Shown piece by piece: positions 28,354 to 34,499 of a stretch of DNA of 34,499 nucleotides. Both the position numbers and the translations under genes were made by a program. The notes beneath the pieces are model-generated. The model was not told the origin of the DNA. It ran no database searches and saw only the letters and a list, made by a program, of their open reading frames with translations. The first letter of the stretch is position 1, and each line of letters opens with the position of its first letter. Source of the stretch: Alteromonas naphthalenivorans (GTDB lineage: Bacteria > Babelota > Babeliae > Babelales > CAIQNR01); NCBI GenBank assembly GCA_047631715.1, contig JBLICC010000003.1, positions 1 through 34,499 on the forward strand, given 5' to 3'.

Positions 28354-28393
28354 TCATCCTGAGTGATTTCGTAGAAATCGTATCGCAGGATCA
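28354..28393 (+). repeat. Solo REP-like arm
   Basis: TCATCCTGAGTG-ATTTCGTAGAAATC-GTATCGCAGGATCA, 10 nt after the FtsH-like stop and abutting the terminator. Confidence 0.8.
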
Positions 28394-28432
28394 AAAAAAT
28401 AAGACCGGTTTAAACGCCGGTCTTATTTTTTT
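28393..28432. terminator. Bidirectional intrinsic terminator, copy A
   Basis: A7-TAAGACCGG-TTTAAACG-CCGGTCTTA-T7, between convergent genes. Confidence 0.85.
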
Positions 28433-28446
28433 AAACTATAACTATT

Positions 28447-30321
28447 TTATGCTGCAGATTCTGTGCTCTGATCTGCTTTCCATTTTTTAAATCTCTTTTC
28501 TTTTTCGTTTGCTTTCCATTTTTTAAATCTCTTTTCTTTTTCGTTTGCTTTCCATTTTTCAAATTTTTTATTTGTATTATTTGCATAGTCGCTATATGCA
28601 TTATCTTTTTTTTGTTCATAAGCGAATTTCTTTCTTTCACCTTTATAAGTCTGTACGTCTCTTATTAGATGTTGTTTATCATTTATATATTTCGTCTTAT
28701 TATCATACTTTTTTTTATCTTTTTGTACGTTTTCAAAATCCTCATAAACATACCTTGTAAACATAGGATCACGAGAAAAATGTTCTTTGTTAAATACACC
28801 TTCAGGATTAGTTCTTCCAATTTCATCACCATCGTCATCGATATATGGTGGATATGTTGTTTTTTGTTTAGCCAAACCTTCAAACAGTTTATCTCTAGCA
28901 CTCCAATCGTCATATCCCCCTACTTGAGTATGATCTTGTTCTGCATCATCTTTTTTAAAATTTGCCCTATCTATAACATTTTGTTTATTTGATTCTTTGT
29001 AAGCTTTTTGCGTCTTTTTATCAAAAAAACTACTCTGTCTGAGCCAATCTTTAAAGTTAATATCTAACTCTTCTTTTTCTTCTTTATTTATGTCTTCTCT
29101 TTGACCTTCTATTAATAGGTCATACTGGTTGTCTTCTTCCACAGAGTCAAAAGGCCTTGGTTGATCATAATCATCAGAATCCATCCTTTCATCATTGGTA
29201 AGGTCGAGATCATTTATCTTTTCCTTATATTTATATTTAATTTTTTGAATAGTTTTTTTATTCTCTTTTTCCCATTGTTTTCTAAATTTAGAATCTTTAT
29301 TATTTGCTTCCGAATCAATTGACTTAATTTTCGCATCTCGTTCTGTTCTACCTTTTTCTGCTTTAAGTCTTTTTTCATGAAGTTTTACAAAACTCTTGTC
29401 TTTACTAAGACCTTCTTCTTGTTCCTGTATTTTTTGTAGATTTTTACTCCAAGATTTCATTGAATTGTGTTTAAGTATTGTTTCGAGTTTTGCGTCAATT
29501 TTTTCTATTAATTTATATTTATAACCTGGATTAGATTTTTCTAATTTTTCCTTAATATCTGCTAATGATGAAAACTGATCGATTGCCTCTTCTTCTTTAT
29601 CTTTAGGTTTCTTAAGTTTATCTATTCTTGAAAAATCTATATTGTTAATTTTTGCTTCTTTTTCTTTCTTATTACTATCATACTCTTCGATGTCATCTGC
29701 AGAACGGCCATAAGCCCATTTTGCACGTGCCAGTTGAAGTTCACTATCAAGATTTTTAGGATCTTTATAATATTTATTATTTTTATCTTTAAACTTATTA
29801 TTTATATCTTGTTTAACTGATTCAGATTCATCTTCCCATAATTCAGTTATTTTATTTTGATCATTTTTATTAAATTTTCCCCAATGCCTAAGATGACTAT
29901 TTATCTCATCAGTAAGTGGGAGGTAATTAGGAAGAGAACGTTCATAATTAAAAGAATAATGTTCCGTATAATCTTTTTTGAAATTCACTAAATCAGAATC
30001 TTCTGCCTGCGTAGGTTTACCTGATCCTACCGATGTTATAACGCTAGATGCTCTCTCTTCACCTGGTGCTGTAACCGTATTAGCCGCTGCCGCTGCATCA
30101 AGGTCTTTTTCGCCTACGGTTTCTGCTGCAGATTGTTGCCTAAGAGTCATGTTTGCTTGTAACTGTTCTGCAGCTACAGAATCTACTGATGTAGTATCTG
30201 GATTTTCACCTGAAGATGGACCTAATTCTTGTTCTTCAGGTATCGGTTCCATTGTATCCATTCCAAAAATTGGCGTTACTAATATGCTGGTTAAAAACAA
30301 TAACAGTATTCTTTTCTTCAT
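28447..30321 (-). CDS. Secreted, highly charged (K/E/D-rich) helical orphan protein
   Basis: 624 aa with signal MKKRILLLFLTSILVTPIFG, AAGGA RBS, low GC and a C-terminal tandem repeat. Confidence 0.85.
   Translation of the reverse strand: MKKRILLLFLTSILVTPIFGMDTMEPIPEEQELGPSSGENPDTTSVDSVAAEQLQANMTLRQQSAAETVGEKDLDAAAAANTVTAPGEERASSVITSVGSGKPTQAEDSDLVNFKKDYTEHYSFNYERSLPNYLPLTDEINSHLRHWGKFNKNDQNKITELWEDESESVKQDINNKFKDKNNKYYKDPKNLDSELQLARAKWAYGRSADDIEEYDSNKKEKEAKINNIDFSRIDKLKKPKDKEEEAIDQFSSLADIKEKLEKSNPGYKYKLIEKIDAKLETILKHNSMKSWSKNLQKIQEQEEGLSKDKSFVKLHEKRLKAEKGRTERDAKIKSIDSEANNKDSKFRKQWEKENKKTIQKIKYKYKEKINDLDLTNDERMDSDDYDQPRPFDSVEEDNQYDLLIEGQREDINKEEKEELDINFKDWLRQSSFFDKKTQKAYKESNKQNVIDRANFKKDDAEQDHTQVGGYDDWSARDKLFEGLAKQKTTYPPYIDDDGDEIGRTNPEGVFNKEHFSRDPMFTRYVYEDFENVQKDKKKYDNKTKYINDKQHLIRDVQTYKGERKKFAYEQKKDNAYSDYANNTNKKFEKWKANEKEKRFKKWKANEKEKRFKKWKADQSTESAA
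28474..28564 (-). repeat. 36-bp coding tandem repeat, about 2.5 copies (KKWKANEKEKRF)
   Basis: TGCTTTCCATTTTTTAAATCTCTTTTCTTTTTCGTT is perfect at 28474 and 28510 and partial at 28546. Confidence 0.92.
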
Positions 30322-30441
30322 CTTTTCTTCCTTTTAAGCTTGCGTACTCTTTAAACTAATAGAACTATTAGAATAACAAATCGGAAGATCAGAAATAAAG
30401 AGTTTTCTTTCAAAACTAGCAATCTAAGCTTATTTTGCTCT

Positions 30442-30497
30442 TTAAACTTTCAAAAATAAGACCGGTTTTAACGCCGGTCTTATTTTTGAAAGTTTAA
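30442..30497. terminator. Intrinsic terminator, copy B (24-bp perfect stem), downstream of rpiB
   Basis: TTAAACTTTCAAAAATAAGACCGG-TTTTAACG-CCGGTCTTATTTTTGAAAGTTTAA. Confidence 0.85.
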
Positions 30498-30513
30498 TTA
30501 TTAGAAGCTTATA

Positions 30514-30942
30514 TTAGCCATCAATCATGGTAAGTCGTTCTTGATACCTACCGCCTAAAAATTTTGCCTTGTACCAGACTCTTATCATGGCAAGTGCATC
30601 ATCTAAAGAAATGTAACTTGTAGGGAGTACTAAAATATTTGCATTGTCGTGCTCTTTGCTTAGTTTTGCAATCTCTATATTCCACGCAAGGGCAGCATAT
30701 ACACCCTTAAATCTATTTGCTGCAATAGACATGCCTACACCAGATCCACACAAAAGAACTCCTCCATCAACTTTTTTGTCTTGAACTTTCTTGGCAACTT
30801 CTTGTGCATACAATGGAAAGTCACAATTATTGGCGCTTTCGCACCCTACATCAACCCATACAATCGAATCTATATGCATCGACTGTATTAAATGATTTTT
30901 GAGTTCAAACCCACGATGGTCGGTTCCAATTGCAATCTTCAT
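30514..30942 (-). CDS. rpiB: Ribose-5-phosphate isomerase B (RpiB/LacA/LacB family)
   Basis: Motifs MKIAIGTDHRG, LCGSGVGMSIAANRFKGV, EHDNANIL and F.GGRY..R. Confidence 0.94.
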   Translation of the reverse strand: MKIAIGTDHRGFELKNHLIQSMHIDSIVWVDVGCESANNCDFPLYAQEVAKKVQDKKVDGGVLLCGSGVGMSIAANRFKGVYAALAWNIEIAKLSKEHDNANILVLPTSYISLDDALAMIRVWYKAKFLGGRYQERLTMIDG

Positions 30943-31682
30943 GATTTCCCCTTTTTCTTTTTATTACGAAGAACGGAAGAATGTTTTTTTATTTTTTTGG
31001 GAGCTATTTTTTGTTTATCTACAGATGGAGCGCGATGTTTTACAGTAGAAACATTACCCAAAGTATCTACATTCCATTGGGCAGAAGAAAAGTGCTCAGG
31101 ACTACTGAAATAGAGCTTCATCTTATGCGCATGGCCCTCTTGCAGAATATCTGCGCCATTACTATTAGTGCGTTCAAAACGAACTTCGTAAGGTGTTTTA
31201 TGATTATTAAAGAGTGTTCCAAACATTGTTTTATATTCTACAGCAAGCTCAATAGATTTAACTTCAAACGGCATGTAACGCTTATCATCAACTTCGAGAT
31301 GCATTGCCCATGGCACCGGTTTAACAGACAGTGGATTGTCGTGCGTACTCAATACATAAAACGAAATATAATGTTTATTTTCTTTGAGCTGTCTACGTAC
31401 AAACGCATGGCGCACATCGGTATTTTTCCCACGCATATCAGCATTTATATCTGAATACACCGTACGCATTTCATCAGAAAGCCACAATGCGTCAAACAAA
31501 CCTAGCGTATTAAAATTATCATAAATATTAACCTCTTTTACATACTGCTTAATTTTCTTTTGATAATTTTTATATTCTTTACCTTGTGGAAAGTTTTCTT
31601 TTGCCGTATCAATTATAGTTCCTCCGCACCCAGGGAGCAAAAAAAGCGCAACTAACATGGATAGATTGATTATTCGGTTCAT
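30939..31682 (-). CDS. Lipoprotein, hypothetical
   Basis: Lipobox LPG-C after a hydrophobic stretch, GAGG RBS, Lys-rich tail and an ATGA overlap with rpiB. Confidence 0.85.
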   Translation of the reverse strand: MNRIINLSMLVALFLLPGCGGTIIDTAKENFPQGKEYKNYQKKIKQYVKEVNIYDNFNTLGLFDALWLSDEMRTVYSDINADMRGKNTDVRHAFVRRQLKENKHYISFYVLSTHDNPLSVKPVPWAMHLEVDDKRYMPFEVKSIELAVEYKTMFGTLFNNHKTPYEVRFERTNSNGADILQEGHAHKMKLYFSSPEHFSSAQWNVDTLGNVSTVKHRAPSVDKQKIAPKKIKKHSSVLRNKKKKGKS

Positions 31683-31768
31683 TCATTAGCCTCTTTATTG
31701 TACACTAACAGTTAAATTACATTCTGTTAGCCTAAAAAAAAGATGAAGACTTTACAAGGTACCAGTCG

Positions 31769-32986
31769 ATGAGTTTATCAATAGCAACATTTTTAGCATG
31801 GCGTTATGCCAAGCAAGCAATACGCCAATCAACGCTACAGACAATGCTATGGATCTGTTTTGGTAGTATTTTTGTAGGAACTTTTTCTCTTGCACTTATT
31901 GTTTCTATCATGAGCGGATTTGAATCAGAAACACAAAAAAAACTACAAGGTATTTATCCAGACATTATTATTGAATCACCTACAGGCACTTTTTTAGATG
32001 CTCCACCACTTATTAAACATCTTAAAAAAAACTTTTCAACCATTGCCCATACCTGTACGTATAGCTCGCAGCAAGTACTTATACAAGCACCACACACACA
32101 AGAGCCTACCATTGTTGGCATACTCAAAGGCATTACCCCAGAAGAAGAACGGGTTACCAATCTGCATACCAAATATCAGTTGGCTCCCAATGTACAACTT
32201 AAAGGTCCTCATGTTATTATTGGCAAAACAATTGCAGAAACACTCAATAAAGAAGTTGGCGAGACTATAACTTTGCTCTATAGCGCGAACCCTCATGCAC
32301 AACTGAATAACATACGTTTTTCTTCTCTAGAAGTAACAATTGCAGGTCTCATAAGCACTGGTATGACAGAATACGACAACGCTCTTGTGATCGCTCATCA
32401 AGGATTTGTTACATCACTCTTTGAAGAAGAATGCATTAATCAAGTAGGCGTTAAACTTACTAACCCAATCCAAGCACAACACATAGCAAAACAATGCGCT
32501 ACAATACCCGAGTTACATGCTTATCGATGGCAAGACTTATACCCATCGCTGGTTTCTGCTCTTAAATTAGAAAAATATGCCATGTTCTTTATTTTGGGAT
32601 TAATTGTACTGGTTGCAAGCATGAACAATATTTCTCTTTTATTTATGTTTATTACTGCAAAACGTAAAGAAATTGCCCTTCTAAAAATGCTCGGTATGAA
32701 CACGCGCACCGTTATGCTTATCTTTTTATTCTTTAATCTTTTTATTACGTGCATAGCAACACTGTTTGGACTTGCATGCGCCTACGGTGTAGGAAGGCTT
32801 TTACAACGCTATCCATTTATCGAACTCCCTGATGTTTATTATATTTCTCATTTGCCTGTACATCTTGACCCGTATATGTTTTTAACCATTTTTATACTTG
32901 TACTTGTATTGGGAATACTTTCTGCCTTACTACCCCTCTTTTCTATTAAAAAAATTAACATCACCCAAACCCTACGCTTTGAATAA
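31769..32986 (+). CDS. LolC/E-family (FtsX-like) lipoprotein-releasing ABC permease
   Basis: Motifs AWRY, TM1..SIMSGF, periplasmic domain, WQD..L.SAL.LEK, VASMN..S.L.M.I..KRKEIALLK.LG, YYISHLP and C-terminal LRFE. Confidence 0.9.
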   Translation: MSLSIATFLAWRYAKQAIRQSTLQTMLWICFGSIFVGTFSLALIVSIMSGFESETQKKLQGIYPDIIIESPTGTFLDAPPLIKHLKKNFSTIAHTCTYSSQQVLIQAPHTQEPTIVGILKGITPEEERVTNLHTKYQLAPNVQLKGPHVIIGKTIAETLNKEVGETITLLYSANPHAQLNNIRFSSLEVTIAGLISTGMTEYDNALVIAHQGFVTSLFEEECINQVGVKLTNPIQAQHIAKQCATIPELHAYRWQDLYPSLVSALKLEKYAMFFILGLIVLVASMNNISLLFMFITAKRKEIALLKMLGMNTRTVMLIFLFFNLFITCIATLFGLACAYGVGRLLQRYPFIELPDVYYISHLPVHLDPYMFLTIFILVLVLGILSALLPLFSIKKINITQTLRFE

Positions 32987-32987
32987 G

Positions 32988-33110
32988 GTGTCTCTCGATA
33001 CAACCGCCTTTGGCGCCCACTCGAGATGAACTTTATTCTTTGTTATTATAAAAATCGTAAATTAATCGGTTCATCCCGAGTGGTTTCGTAGAAATTGTAT
33101 CGAGGGACTC
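32988..33110. repeat. REP-like inverted palindrome pair, copy 3
   Basis: GTGTCTCTCGATAC-AACCGCCTTTGGCGCC-CACTCGAGATGAAC ... GTTCATCCCGAGTG-GTTTCGTAGAAATT-GTATCGAGGGAC. Begins 1 nt after the permease stop. Confidence 0.88.
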
Positions 33111-33204
33111 ATTGCTGTATTTAAAAACCCTATGCTTTGAATAATGCCAATGTTGTGTAAACTACGTAAAAAAGTAGCAACTCAGAAGCACAGAGGTAGT
33201 ACTT

Positions 33205-34371
33205 ATGCAATCGCAACTCCCAAAAGCATCTTTAAAAAACAAACGTGTTATTCTTCGCGCAGACCTTAATGTTCCTCGCAAACCGGATGGCTCCATTGCC
33301 AGTGACTTTAGAATTAAAGCACTTTTGCCCACTATAAATCTTATTTTAAAAAAAGGTGGAAAAGTTATATTACTTACCCATTGCGGGCGCCCTGTAAAAA
33401 AAAGTAAAAAACTTTCTACCAAAACACTTGTTGATTGGTTTAAAAAAAACGACTACCACGCAGTATTTGCTCCAACTGTAGAAAAAGCACAGTCCATGAG
33501 CACCAAAGACAATAACAATATTGTAATAGTAGAAAATCTACGCTTTTTTGATGGAGAACAAACAGAAGACAAAACTTTTGCTCAAGAACTTGCTGCCCTC
33601 GGTGATTACTATGTAAATGATGCTTTTGCACTACTTCATAGAAATAATACCTCCATAACACTACTCCCCAAACTTTTTGCCCCCAATAAAAGAACCATCG
33701 GATTACTTATCGAAAAAGAATTATGCGAACTCGATGCTCTTATGCAAAAAAGCAAATCGCCCTTTGTAATACTACAAGGCGGCATTAAAGGCAGTACCAA
33801 ACTTTTACTTTTACAAACACTACTCGATAAAGCTGATACCATTTTGATCTCAACCCCTCTCTGTTTTTCTTTTTTAAAGGCTCAAAATAAAAACGTAGGC
33901 GCATCTTTTACAGAAGACGGCCTTCTGCCTCATATTGAAAAATTCTTACAAGCAGCAAAAGAAAAAAATGTTAATGTGGTTTTGCCCATTGATTACCAAG
34001 TAAGTTCAAAAAGTTTTTACGAACCCCATGTATTACGCGAGGTAACAAGCATCCAGAATAATGATACGGGAGTTTCTATTGGTCCAAAAACGGCAGTATT
34101 ATTTTCCAACTATATTAAAAAAGCAAAAACCGTTTTTGCAAACGGCTTACCTGGAAATTATGTTTACCCAGAAACATTAGAAGGAACACGCATGTTGCTC
34201 CAAGCTCTTAGGCAAACTAATGGATTACATATTCTTGCAGGTGGAGATTCTGTTGCTCTAGTTGAAAAACTAGGCTTTAACGACGTTGAATATCTTTCTA
34301 CCGGCGGTGGCGCCACGCTTGCCTATCTTAGCGGCCAAACGCTTGCGGGCCTTGCGGTCTTTGGGAGCTAG
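33205..34371 (+). CDS. pgk: Phosphoglycerate kinase (divergent)
   Basis: Motifs RADLNVP, RI..LPTI, H.GRP, ENLRF, YVNDAF..HR, GGDS and LSTGGGA; GAGGT RBS. Confidence 0.9.
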   Translation: MQSQLPKASLKNKRVILRADLNVPRKPDGSIASDFRIKALLPTINLILKKGGKVILLTHCGRPVKKSKKLSTKTLVDWFKKNDYHAVFAPTVEKAQSMSTKDNNNIVIVENLRFFDGEQTEDKTFAQELAALGDYYVNDAFALLHRNNTSITLLPKLFAPNKRTIGLLIEKELCELDALMQKSKSPFVILQGGIKGSTKLLLLQTLLDKADTILISTPLCFSFLKAQNKNVGASFTEDGLLPHIEKFLQAAKEKNVNVVLPIDYQVSSKSFYEPHVLREVTSIQNNDTGVSIGPKTAVLFSNYIKKAKTVFANGLPGNYVYPETLEGTRMLLQALRQTNGLHILAGGDSVALVEKLGFNDVEYLSTGGGATLAYLSGQTLAGLAVFGS

Positions 34372-34494
34372 TGGCTTTTGTAATACCTCTACACTCACAA
34401 ACTTTTTATGCGCATACCCTTGCTTAATTTTGTAGTACATAACTCGATCAAATATAAAAAAAATGCTCATTAAGAGCGCAAGCTTTTTAATCAT
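34270..34494 (-). CDS. Possible small membrane protein, or the 3' end of a gene entering from the right
   Basis: MIKKLALLMSIFFIF hydrophobic start, with GGA just upstream at the window edge. It overlaps pgk antisense by 102 nt. Confidence 0.3.
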   Translation of the reverse strand: MIKKLALLMSIFFIFDRVMYYKIKQGYAHKKFVSVEVLQKPLAPKDRKARKRLAAKIGKRGATAGRKIFNVVKA

Positions 34495-34499
34495 TGTCC

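Noticed and set aside
28431-28640. 69-aa ORF with LKNGKQ repeats
   Set aside because: It is a shifted reading of the 36-bp tandem repeat within the 624-aa gene.
28395-30497. Hairpins interpreted as integron attC sites
   Set aside because: They are perfect stems with no extrahelical bases and no RYYYAAC/GTTRRRY boxes, and no integrase is in the window.
6571-33110. Repeats interpreted as a CRISPR array
   Set aside because: The copies are dispersed and inverted rather than tandem direct repeats with regular spacers, and there are no cas genes.

Overview
AT-rich bacterial chromosomal window. Its gene content strongly suggests a Dependentiae/Babelota (TM6)-like intracellular parasite of protists; this is an inference from protein types, not a database result. 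Housekeeping genes are ileS, murD, ftsW, pepA, rpiB, a lolC/E-type permease and a divergent pgk. They are interleaved with many signal-peptide orphans. Main points: (i) a 1692-aa protein with two beta-propeller/beta-helix modules sits directly upstream of a probable outer-membrane beta-barrel that the ORF track missed, giving a split-autotransporter-like pair; (ii) a 2570-aa secreted giant contains about 5-7 copies of an unrecognised repeat ending in S-L-x-T-G-x-x-Y, and lies next to a membrane-anchored thioredoxin reductase-thioredoxin fusion and a protease-dead FtsH-like AAA+ ATPase; (iii) a REP-like palindrome family occurs at 5 loci with compensatory base changes, tandem G.A pairs and a C(GTA)G triloop; (iv) an orphan gene is bracketed by a directly duplicated 36-bp terminator hairpin; (v) a candidate Trp-Trp leader peptide overlaps a terminator. 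I saw no tRNA, rRNA, CRISPR array, transposase or integrase.
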